In this document: positions 9,761-22,000 of the stretch, piece after piece | Layout: each line of letters begins with the position of its first letter | Position numbering within the stretch: the first letter of the stretch is position 1 | Assembly: GCA_032718475.1 (NCBI GenBank) | Contig: JAUCBJ010001919.1 | Span: forward strand, 1 to 64,000 | DNA: 64,000 bases | Origin: Nemertoderma westbladi | Taxonomy: Eukaryota; Animalia; Xenacoelomorpha | Direction of reading: 5' to 3' | Translations under genes and position numbers: made by a program | The notes under the pieces: model-generated | Database searches by the model: none | Seen by the model: only the letters and a program-made list of their open reading frames with translations | Told to the model about the DNA's origin: nothing

Positions 9761-10574
9761 GTTTCAGTACTGCTACACTACACCTACTGACCTAGTCTGC
9801 TAGTCAGCCAGTACACCTACAACAGTACAATGCAGCAATGCTACTGACAGACTGTAGGACTGCCGGACTGATACTGTAGCATGCTTTTTCTTGATTTCTT
9901 TATGAACTGTAAAGCAGTACAACACTGTACAGCTGTAGGCAGGTAGGCGTACTGCTGTAACCTGGTAACGGTGTTCAGTGTTGTATCTGTATGTTGTGTA
10001 GTAAATGTATATATTATTTACTTTCATTTTCAGCAGCTATCTTCAGTGGTCCCCTGGTCACTTACCTGTAAATAATGCAGAACGGGAAAGAGAGAGAAAG
10101 GGCAAACTCAGCACGAAAAATATTCTCGAAGATTATAGAAAAAGTCAAATATGTGAAAATTTTAATATTTCAATATTTTTAGACAATGCTATTGAATTAC
10201 CCTGTATTTTTATACTGTATGTATTTTATTTTTTAGACTGGACAAGTTTTACTGGACTGCCAAGTCGATTTTAATGTATGTTGTCTTACTAGATATATTT
10301 TACTGGACTGCATAGACGTTGGAAATTAAATTTTCTTACTGTAGGCTAATTTTATTATGTCAAATTCATTTCTTAATGTATGTTTTTATGTCACACTAAT
10401 GTTTTACTGTATATTTTTAGACTGGACTATTCATGCAATATTGTTAGTTGTCAGTATTGTACATGGATTAATATTAAGTTGTAGATATTTAGTGTTGTCT
10501 TTCACCTATTAGTGTTAATTTTTAACCTTGGTGATTTTCTCCCTCTATTAATAATTTTATAATATATGAGGTGT

Positions 10575-10595
10575 TAATAATAATAATAATAATAA
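10575..10595 (+). repeat. (TAA)7 microsatellite, possibly the tail of a short retroelement remnant
   Basis: TAATAATAATAATAATAATAA ends a T-rich ~350-bp segment that carries repeated (TTTTAG)ACTGGAC motifs. Confidence 0.6.
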
Positions 10596-10763
10596 GTATT
10601 CTACGATCAGATGTATCACTATCAAATCCAATTATATCTGGGAGCCCTCGCGAGCTCGTATATTAGTTACATATAAAACATAGCACGCAGCATAACATTT
10701 TGATTGTAACTGAACAACACACTGTACTGTAGATATACAGTACAGAAGTATATAGAAGTAAAA

Positions 10764-12347
10764 GTGTCTGAGTCTGTACTCCCAGATATTCCCATTGGTG
10801 ATATCTCCTTTGCAGAAGTGAAGGCTGCTGCAAAGAGCATTAAGACCAATCGTGCCAGTGGAGTAGATGGTGTTCCCCCTGAGGTCTTTAAAATACCTGA
10901 GTGTTTAAAGCTCATCTATCCCATCATAGTAGACATGTACCGTACAACAAGAGTCCCACAAGAAATGAAAACAAACAAGTTGGTGCCAGTTCCCAAGAAG
11001 GGCAACCTAACACTATATGGTTCTTTTCGGGGAATCTCATTGATCTCGATTGCTGCAAAGCTATACAATAGAATTCTATTAAATCGCATCAGGGATCCCA
11101 TTGAGAGACTGCTCCGTGGATATCAGAATGGGTTCCGTAAAGGTCGTGGGACCATGGAGCCCATTTTGGCACTTAGAAGGATAATTGAAGAGTTATCAAA
11201 AAAGAAAGACAGGCATCTGGCTGTTATCTTTGTTGACTTCTTCAAGGCCTTTGATTCAGTCTCTCGCTCACGTATGTTCAGCATACTTTCATTATATGGG
11301 ATTCCTGATGAAATTATTGCAGCAATCAGATCAGTATACGATGGTTTGACAACATTTGTGTCTACTGTTGACGGTGACACAGAACCATTTGAAGTGTTAT
11401 GGGGCGTCCTCCAAGGAGACACACTTGCACCATTGTTGTTCATAATTGTTGTTGACTATGTTCTACGCATGTCCTTAGATCATCATAATGATGATGGGGT
11501 GATGATAACTCCACCTACTGGCTCCAGAAGTCGAGGAAATCCTGCCAAGTACCTAACTGATCTAGACTTTGCTGATGACTTAGGAGTACTCTCAGAATCA
11601 CTAGAGGGAGCCCAACGGCTCCTCAGCTCATTAGAACATGCTGCTTCTAGTGTTGGTCTTTTTATTAACTCCAGAAAGATCAAAATTTTGACAGTTAACT
11701 TTGAAAGTCCTCAGCAAGTCTCTGATCGGATAAGCATAAGCTCAAAAGATGGTATGCTTGAGCATGTGGATGACTTCTGTTACCTGGGATCATGGATCCG
11801 GAAGTCAGGTGAGGACCTTCGAATACGTAAGGGAAAGGCATGGGCAGCCTTAAATAGGCTTTCCAGGATTTGAAAGTCACCGAGAATTAATCGGAAACTT
11901 AAGGCCCGGTTATTTAGAGCAGCAGTAGTTCCAGTACTCCTCTATGGGAGTCCATGCTGGGCTCTAACTGCTGAGGACACCAAATCTCTGGACGGCACAT
12001 TCACAAGAATGCTACGCCGGGTTCATTGTGTCAAGTTCAATGCACACATCTCCAACCAGACACTATATTACATTGGAGGTGTCTCATTGGTTCCCCCAAG
12101 CTTGACACTATAACAAAATCGCCTCCGCTTTGCAGGACATTGCTTTCGCCGTGAGGACCAGCCAGTGCATAATCTTGTACTTTGGCAGCCTCATGGAGTG
12201 AATAAGCATGGTGGACAGCCCATGACTTTCTTGAGACGCATCTTAAAGGACACTGGCCTTGAAGATGCGGATGATCTAGCAAATGTCAGGGGTGATAGAG
12301 AGTTGTGGCGGTGCAATTTTGTCAATAAGCCGGCACAGCATTCTTAA
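10764..12347 (+). pseudogene. 5'-truncated, decayed RTE-clade LINE reverse transcriptase
   Basis: RT motifs RASGVDGV, FRGISL, QNGFRKGR, FVDFFKAFD, GVLQGDTLAPLLF, DLDFADD, FCYLGS. The same frame continues past TGA 11871-11873 (KSPRINRKLKARLFRAAVVPVLLYGSPCW...) and TAA 12111-12113 (RLRFAGHCFR...DRELWR), both typical RTE C-terminal motifs. No endonuclease domain is present. Confidence 0.88.
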
Positions 12348-12383
12348 AAATGCAGCTGCAATGCAGCATGCCGATCCCTAGTA

Positions 12384-15300
12384 GATCTGGAATAGTCTAC
12401 CGCGCACCTTGACTACAAGGGGCCAGCGATCTGGAATAGTCTACCGCGCACTTTAACTACAAGGGGCCAGCGATCTGGAATAGTCTACCGCGCACCTTGA
12501 CTACAAGGGGCCAGCGATCTGGAATAGTCTACCACGCACCTTGACTACAAGGGGCCAGCGATCTGGAATAGTCTACCACGCACCTTGACTACAAGGGGCC
12601 AGCGATCCGGAATAGTCTACCGCGCACCTTGACTACAAGGGGCCAGCGATCTGGAATAGTCTACCGCGCACTTTGACTACAAGGGGCCAGCGATCTGGAA
12701 TAGTCTACCGCGCACCTTGACTACAAGGGGCCAGCGATCTGGAATAGTCTACCGCGCACCTTGACTACAAGGGGCCAGCGATCTGGAATAGTCTACCGCG
12801 CACCTTGACTACAAGGGGCCAGCGATCTGGAATAGTCTACCGCGCACCTTGACTACAAGGGGCCAGCGATCTGGAATAGTCTACCACGCACCTTGACTAC
12901 AAGGGGCCAGCAATCAGGAATAGTCTACCACGCACCTTGACTACAAGGGGCCAGCGATCTGGAATAGTCTACCGCGCACCTTGACTACAAGGGGCCAGCG
13001 ATCTGGAATAGTCTACCGCGCACCTTGACTACAAGGGGCCAGCGATCTGGAATAGTCTACCACGCACCTTGACTACAAGGGGCCAGCGATCTGGAATAGT
13101 CTACCGCGCACTTTGACTACAAGGGGCCAGCGATCTGGAATAGTCTACCACGCACCTTGACTACAAGGGGCCAGCGATCTGGAATAGTCTACCGCGCACC
13201 TTGACTACAAGGGGCCAGCGATCTGGAATAGTCTACCGCGCACCTTGACTACAAGGGGCCAGCGATCTGGAATAGTCTACCGCGCACCTTGACTACAAGG
13301 GGCCAGCGATCTGGAATAGTCTACCGCGCACCTTGACTACAAGGGGCCAGCGATCTGGAATAGTCTACCACGCACCTTGACTACAAGGGGCCAGCGATCT
13401 GGAATAGTCTACCGCGCACTTTGACTACAAGGGGCCAGCGATCTGGAATAGTCTACCGCGCACCTTGACTACAAGGGGCCAGCAATCTGGAATAGTCTAC
13501 CGCGCACCTTGACTACAAGGGGCCAGCAATCTGGAATAGTCTACCGCGCACCTTGACTACAAGGGGCTAGCGATCTGGAATAGTCTACCGCGCACTTTGA
13601 CTACAAGGGGCCAGCAATCTGGAATAGTCTACCGCGCACCTTGACTACAAGGGGCCAGCAATCTGGAATAGTCTACCGCGCACCTTGACTACAAGGGGCT
13701 AGCGATCTGGAATAGTCTACCGCGCACCTTGACTACAAGGGGCCAGCGATCTGGAATAGTCTACCGCGCACCTTGACTACAAGGGGCCAGCGATCTGGAA
13801 TAGTCTACCACGCACCTTGACTACAAGGGGCCAGCGATCTGGAATAGTCTACCGCGCACCTTGACTACAAGGGGCCAGCAATCTGGAATAGTCTACCGCG
13901 CACCTTGACTACAAGGGGCCAGCAATCTGGAATAGTCTACCGCGCACCTTGACTACAAGGGGCTAGCGATCTGGAATAGTCTACCGCGCACCTTGACTAC
14001 AAGGGGCCAGCGATCTGGAATAGTCTACCGCGCACCTTGACTACAAGGGGCTAGCGATCTGGAATAGTCTACCGCGCACCTTGACTACAAGGGGCCAGCA
14101 ATCTGGAATAGTCTACCGCGCACCTTGACTACAAGGGGCTAGCGATCTGGAATAGTCTACCGCGCACCTTGACTACAAGGGGCCAGCGATCTGGAATAGT
14201 CTACCACGCACCTTGACTACAATGGGCCAGCGATCTGGAATAGTCTACCGCGCACCTTGACTACAAGGGGCCAGCGATCTGGAATAGTCTACCGCGCACC
14301 TTGACTACAAGGGGCCAGCGATCTGGAATAGTCTACCACGCACCTTGACTACAAGGGGCCAGCGATCTGGAATAGTCTACCGCGCACCTTGACTACAAGG
14401 GGCCAGCGATCTGGAATAGTCTACCACGCACCTTGACTACAAGGGGCCAGCGATCTGGAATAGTCTACCGCGCACCTTGACTACAAGGGGCCAGCGATCT
14501 GGAATAGTCTACCGCGCACCTTGACTACAAGGGGCCAGCGATCTGGAATAGTCTACCACGCACCTTGACTACAAGGGGCCAGCGATCTGGAATAGTCTAC
14601 CGCGCACCTTGACTACAAGGGGCCAGCGATCTGGAATAGTCTACCGCGCACCTTGACTACAAGGGGCCAGCGATCTGGAATAGTCTACCGCGCACCTTGA
14701 CTACAAGGGGCCAGCGATCTGGAATAGTCTACCGCGCACTTTGACTACAAAGGGGCCAGCGATCTGGAATAGTCTACCGCGCACCTTGACTACAAGGGGC
14801 CAGCGATCTGGAATAGTCTACCGCGCACCTTGACTACAAGGGGCCAGCGATCTGGAATAGTCTACCACGCACCTTGACTACAAGGGGCCAGCGATCTGGA
14901 ATAGTCTACCGCGCACCTTGACTACAAGGGGCCAGCGATCTGGAATAGTCTACCGCGCACTTTGACTACAAGGGGCCAGCGATCTGGAATAGTCTACCGC
15001 GCACCTTGACTACAAGGGGCCAGCAATCTGGAATAGTCTACCGCGCACCTTGACTACAAGGGGCCAGCAATCTGGAATAGTCTACCACGCACCTTGACTA
15101 CAAGGGGCCAGCGATCTGGAATAGTCTACCGCGCACCTTGACTACAAGGGGCCAGCGATCTGGAATAGTCTACCGCGCACCTTGACTACAAGGGGCCAGC
15201 GATCTGGAATAGTCTACCGCGCACCTTGACTACAAGGGGCCAGCGATCTGGAATAGTCTACCGCGCACCTTGACTACAAGGGGCCAGCGATCTGGAATAG

Positions 15301-15707
15301 TCTACCACGCACCTTGACTACAAGGGGCCAGCGATCTGGAATAGTCTACCGCGCACCTTGACTACAAGGGGCCAGCGATCTGGAATAGTCTACCGCGCAC
15401 CTTGACTACAAGGGGCCAGCGATCTGGAATAGTCTACCACGCACCTTGACTACAAGGGGCCAGCGATCTGGAATAGTCTACCGCGCACCTTGACTACAAG
15501 GGGCCAGCGATCTGGAATAGTCTACCGCGCACCTTGACTACAAGGGGCCAGCGATCTGGAATAATCTACCGCGCACCTTGACTACAAGGGGCCAGCGATC
15601 TGGAATAGTCTACCACGCACCTTGACTACAAGGGGCCAGCGATCTGGAATAGTCTACCGCGCACCTTGACTACAAGGGGCCAGCGATCTGGAATAGTCTA
15701 CCACGCA
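12384..15707 (+). repeat. 44-bp minisatellite, ~75 copies: GATCTGGAATAGTCTACCGCGCACCTTGACTACAAGGGGCCAGC
   Basis: Head-to-tail, near-identical units with a few recurrent variants (CCGCG/CCACG, CACCTT/CACTTT, AGCGAT/AGCAAT, GGCC/GGCT). No spacers. Confidence 0.97.
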
Positions 15708-15723
15708 ATGTAACCGATCCGTG

Positions 15724-16009
15724 ATCGTGGATAGTGTGGATACCTCATATAATCTGCGCTCACTTGATTGACATCTCGCCCTGCTATTTGTAGTTATCTT
15801 AAGATCTATTTTTAAAACTTTAACTTTCTATTTACATCATAAGCACCTCAAATACATTATTTTTACGCAATATAAATTTTTACTTAATAATACTACTGTA
15901 ATTAATAATTAAAAAAAAATTAAATAATTTTTTAATGTTATGCAAGAAATATCTTATTTAGGATTATTTAAAGAATGATATCCTTCATCATCGTGAATAG
16001 TGTGGATAC
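15724..16009. mobile_element. ~246-bp AT-rich insert bracketed by a 20-bp direct repeat (TSD-like); possible short retroposon 3' fragment
   Basis: ATCGTGGATAGTGTGGATAC (15724-15743) versus ATCGTGAATAGTGTGGATAC (15990-16009), 1 mismatch. Confidence 0.55.
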
Positions 16010-19000
16010 ATTACAGTACTGAATGTCCTCCTACATTACTGAATGTCCTCCTACATTACTGAATGTCCTCCTACATTACTGAATGTCCTCCTACATTACT
16101 GAATGTCCTCCTACATTACTGAATGTCCTCCTACATTACTGAATGTCCTCCTACATTACTGAATGTCCTCCTACATTACTGAATGTCCTCCTACATTACT
16201 GAAAGTCCACCTACATTACTGAATGTCCTCCTACATTACTGAATGTCCTCCTACATTACTGAATGTCCTCCTAAATTACTGAAAGTCCACCTACATTACT
16301 GAATGTCCTCCTACATTACTGAATGTCCTCCTACATTACTGAATGTCCTCCTACATTACTGAATGTCTTCCTACATTACTGAATGTCCTCCTACATTACT
16401 GAATGTCCTCCTACATTACTGAATGTCCTCCTACATTACTGAATGTCCTCCTACATTACTGAAAGTCCACCTACATTACTGAATGTCCTCCTACATTACT
16501 GAATGTCCTCCTACATTACTGAATGTCCTCCTACATTACTGAATGTCCTCCTACAATACTGGATGTCCACCTAAATTACTGAATGTCCTCCTACATTACT
16601 GAATGTCCTCCTACATTAATGAATGTCCTCCTACATTACTGAATGTCCTCCTACAGTACTGAATGTCCTCCTACATTACTGAATGTCCTCCTACATTACT
16701 GAATGTCCTCCTACATTACTGAATGTCCTCCTACATTACTGAATGTCCTCCTACATTACTGAATGTCCTCCTACATTACATTACTGAATGTCCTCCTACA
16801 TTACTGAATGTCCTCCTACATTACTGAATGTCCTCCTACATTACTGAATGTCCTCCTACATTACTGAATGTCCTTCTACATTACTGAATGTCCTCCTACA
16901 TTACTGAATGTCCTCCTACATTACTGCATGTCCTCCTACATTACTGAATGTCCTCCTACAGTACTGAATGTCCTCCTACATTACTGAATGTCCTCCTACA
17001 TTACTGAATGTCCTCCTACAGTACTGAATGTCCTCCTACATTACTGAATGTCCTCCTACAGTACTGAATGTCCTCCTACATTACTGAATATCCTCCTACA
17101 GTACTGAATGTCCTCCTACAGTACTGAATGTCCTCCTACAGTACTGAATGTCCTCCTACAGTACTGAATGTCCTCCTACAGTACTGAATGTCCTCCTACA
17201 TTACATTACTGAATGTTCTCCTACATTACTGAATGTCCTCCTACATTACTGAATGTCCTCCTACATTACTGAATGTCCTCCTACATTACTGAATGTCCTC
17301 CTACAGTACTGAATGTCCTCCTACATTACTGAATGTCCTCCTACATTACATTACTGAATGTCCTCCTACATTACTGAATGTCCTCCTACAGTACTGAATG
17401 TCCTCCTACAGTACTGAATGTCCTCCTACATTACTGAATATCCTCCTACAGTACTGAATGTCCTCCTACAGTACTGAATGTCCTCCTACATTACTGAATG
17501 TCCTCCTACAGTACTGAATGTCCTCCTACATTACTGAATGTCCTCCTACATTACTGAATGTCCTCCTACATTACTGAATGTCCTCCTACAGTACTGAATG
17601 TCCTCCTACATTACTGAATGTCCTCCTACAGTACTGAATGTCCTCCTACATTACTGAATATCCTCCTACAGTACTGAATGTCCTCCTACAGTACTGAATG
17701 TCCTCCTACAGTAATGAATGTCCTCCTACAGTACTGAATGTCCTCCTACATTACATTACTGAATGTCCTCCTACATTACTGAATGTCCTCCTACATTACT
17801 GAATGTCCTCCTACATTACTGAATGTCCTCCTACATTACTGAATGTCCTCCTACAGTACTGAATGTCCTCCTACATTACTGAATGTCCTCCTACATTACA
17901 TTACTGAATGTCCAACAACATTACTGAATGTCCTCCTACAGTACTGAATGTCCTCCTACATTACTGAATGTCCTCCTACATTACTGAATGTCCTCCTACA
18001 TTACATTACTGAATGTCCTCCTACAGTACTGAATGTCCTCCTACATTACTGAATATCCTCCTACAGTACTGAATGTCCTCCTACATTACTGAATGTCCTC
18101 CTACATTACTGAATGTCCTCCTACATTACTGAATGTCTTCCTACATTACTGAATGTCCTCCTACATTACTGAATGTCCTCCTACATTACTGAATGTCCTC
18201 CTACATTACTGAATGTCCTCCTACATTACTGAAAGTCCACCTACATTACTGAATGTCCTCCTACATTACTGAATGTCCTCCTACATTACTGAATGTCCTC
18301 CTACATTACTGAATGTCCTCCTACAATACTGGATGTCCACCTAAATTACTGAATGTCCTCCTACATTACTGAATGTCCTCCTACATTACTGAATGTCCTC
18401 CTACATTACTGAATGTCCTCCTACATTATTGAATGTCCTCCTACATTACTGAATGTCCTCCTACAGTACTGAATGTCCTCCTACACTACTGAATGTCCTC
18501 CAACATTACTGGATGTCCTCCTACAATACTGGATGTCCTCCTACAGTACTGAATGTCCACCTACATTAATGAATGTCCTCCTACATTACTGAATGTCCTC
18601 CTACAGTACTGAATGTCCTCCTACATTACTGAATGTCCTCCTACATTACTGAATGTCCTCCTACATTACTGAATGTCCTCCTACATTACTGAATGTCCTC
18701 CTACATTACTGAATGTCCTCCTACATTACATTACTGAATGTCCTCCTACATTACTGAATGTCCTCCTACATTACTGAATGTCCTCCTACATTACTGAATG
18801 TCCTCCTACATTACTGAATGTCCTTCTACATTACTGAATGTCCTCCTACATTACTGAATGTCCTCCTACATTACTGCATGTCCTCCTACATTACTGAATG
18901 TCCTCCTACAGTACTGAATGTCCTCCTACATTACTGAATGTCCTCCTACATTACTGAATGTCCTCCTACAGTACTGAATGTCCTCCTACATTACTGAATG

Positions 19001-22000
19001 TCCTCCTACAGTACTGAATGTCCTCCTACATTACTGAATATCCTCCTACAGTACTGAATGTCCTCCTACAGTACTGAATGTCCTCCTACAGTACTGAATG
19101 TCCTCCTACAGTACTGAATGTCCTCCTACAGTACTGAATGTCCTCCTACATTACATTACTGAATGTTCTCCTACATTACTGAATGTCCTCCTACATTACT
19201 GAATGTCCTCCTACATTACTGAATGTCCTCCTACATTACTGAATGTCCTCCTACAGTACTGAATGTCCTCCTACATTACTGAATGTCCTCCTACATTACA
19301 TTACTGAATGTCCTCCTACATTACTGAATGTCCTCCTACAGTACTGAATGTCCTCCTACAGTACTGAATGTCCTCCTACATTACTGAATATCCTCCTACA
19401 GTACTGAATGTCCTCCTACAGTACTGAATGTCCTCCTACATTACTGAATGTCCTCCTACAGTACTGAATGTCCTCCTACATTACTGAATGTCCTCCTACA
19501 TTACTGAATGTCCTCCTACATTACTGAATGTCCTCCTACAGTACTGAATGTCCTCCTACATTACTGAATGTCCTCCTACAGTACTGAATGTCCTCCTACA
19601 TTACTGAATATCCTCCTACAGTACTGAATGTCCTCCTACAGTACTGAATGTCCTCCTACAGTAATGAATGTCCTCCTACAGTACTGAATGTCCTCCTACA
19701 TTACATTACTGAATGTCCTCCTACATTACTGAATGTCCTCCTACATTACTGAATGTCCTCCTACATTACTGAATGTCCTCCTACATTACTGAATGTCCTC
19801 CTACAGTACTGAATGTCCTCCTACATTACTGAATGTCCTCCTACATTACATTACTGAATGTCCAACAACATTACTGAATGTCCTCCTACAGTACTGAATG
19901 TCCTCCTACATTACTGAATGTCCTCCTACATTACTGAATGTCCTCCTACATTACTGAATGTCCTCCTACATTACATTACTGAATGTCCTCCTACAGTACT
20001 GAATGTCCTCCTACATTACTGAATATCCTCCTACAGTACTGAATGTCCTCATACAGTACTGAATGTCCTCCTACAGTACTGAATGTCCTCCTACAGTACT
20101 GAATGTCCTCCTACATTACTGAATGTCCTCCTACATTACATTACTGAATGTCCTCCTACATTACTGAATGTCCTCCTACAGTACTGAATGTCCTCCTACA
20201 TTACTGAATGTCCTCCTACATTACTGAATGTCCTCCTACATTACTGAATGTCCCCCTACATTACTGAATGTCCTCCTACATTACTGAATGTCCTCCTACA
20301 TTACTGAATGTCCTCCTACATTACTGAATGTCCTCCTACATTACATTACTGAATGTCCTCCTACATTACTGAATGTCCTCCTACATTACTGAATGTCCTC
20401 CTACATTACTGAATGTCCTCCTACAGTACTGAATGTCCTCCTACATTACTGAATATCCTCCTACAGTACTGAATGTCCTCCTACAGTACTGAATGTCCTC
20501 CTACAGTACTGAATGTCCTCCTACAGTACTGAATGTCCTCCTACAGTACTGAATGTCCTCCTACATTACATTACTGAATGTCCTCCTACATTACTGAATG
20601 TCCTCCTACATTACTGAATGTCCTCCTACATTACTGAATATCCTCCTACAGTACTGAATGTCCTCCTACAGTACTGAATGTCCTCCTACAGTACTGAATG
20701 TCCTCCTACAGTACTGAATGTCCACCTACAGTACTGAATGTCCTCCTACAGGACTGAATGTCCTCCTACATTACTGAATGTCCTCCTACAGTACTGAATG
20801 TCCTCCTACAGTACTGAATGTCCTCCTACAGTACTGAATGTCCTCCTACATTACTGAATATCCTCCTACATTACTGAATGTCCTCCTACATTACTGAAAG
20901 TCCTCCTACAGTACTGAATGTCCTCCTACAGTACTGAATGTCCTCCTACATTACTGAATATCCTCCTACATTACTGAATGTCCTCCTACATTACATTACT
21001 GAATGTCCTCCTACATTACATTACTGAATGTCCTCCTACATTACTGAATGTCCTCCTACATTACTGAATGTCCTCCTACATTACTGAATGTCCTCCTACA
21101 GTACTGAATGTCCTCCTACATTACTGAATGTCCCCCTACAGTACTGAATGTCCTCCTACATTACTGAATGTCCTCCTACAGTACTGAATGTCCTCCACAT
21201 TACTGAATATCCTCCTACAGTACTGAATGTCCTCCTACAGTACTGAATGTCTCCTCCTACAGTACTGAATGTCCTCCTACAGTACTGAATGTCCTCCTAC
21301 AGTACTGAATGTCCTCCTACAGTACTGAATGTCCTCCTACATTACATTACTGAATGTCCTCCTACATTACTGAATGTCCTCCTACATTACTGAATGTCCT
21401 CCTACATTACTGAATGTCCTCCTACATTACTGAATGTCCTCCTACAGTACTGAATGTCCTCCTACATTACTGAATGTCCTCCTACATTACATTACTGAAT
21501 GTCCTCCTACATTACTGCATGTCCTCCTACAGTACTGAATGTCCTCCTACAGTACTGAATGTCCTCCTACATTACTGAATATCCTCCTACAGTACTGAAT
21601 GTCCTCCTACAGTACTGAATGTCCTCCTACAGTACTGAATGTCCTCCTACATTACTGAATGTCCTCCTACAGTACTGAATGTCCTCCTACATTACTGAAT
21701 ATCCTCCTACAGTACTGAATGTCCTCCTACAGTACTGAATGTCCTCCTACAGTACTGAATGTCCTCCTACAGTACTGAATGTCCTCCTACAGTACTGAAT
21801 GTCCTCCTACATTACATTACTGAATGTCCTCCTACATTACTGAATGTCCTCCTACATTACTGAATGTCCTCCTACATTACTGAATATCCTCCTACAGTAC
21901 TGAACGTCCTCCTACAGTACTGAATGTCCTCCTACAGTACTGGATGTCCACCTACAGTACTGAATGTCCTCCTACAGTACTGAATGTCCTCCTACATTAC

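Noticed and set aside
11871-11873. TGA at a Trp position as evidence of an alternative genetic code
   Set aside because: The same element also has an in-frame TAA and is 5'-truncated, and the other ORFs use TGG for Trp. It is a simple TGG-to-TGA nonsense mutation.
7349-11880. Antisense ORFs over the LINE ORFs (also 34445-37809)
   Set aside because: They are antisense shadows of real ORFs with no domain evidence.
12384-15707. 44-bp hairpin-containing repeat as a CRISPR array
   Set aside because: Units are head-to-tail with no unique spacers, there are no cas genes, and the context is eukaryotic.
21191-21260. Local 1-bp deletion and 2-bp insertion that shift satellite phase
   Set aside because: Isolated indels not repeated in sister units, likely private mutations or consensus errors.
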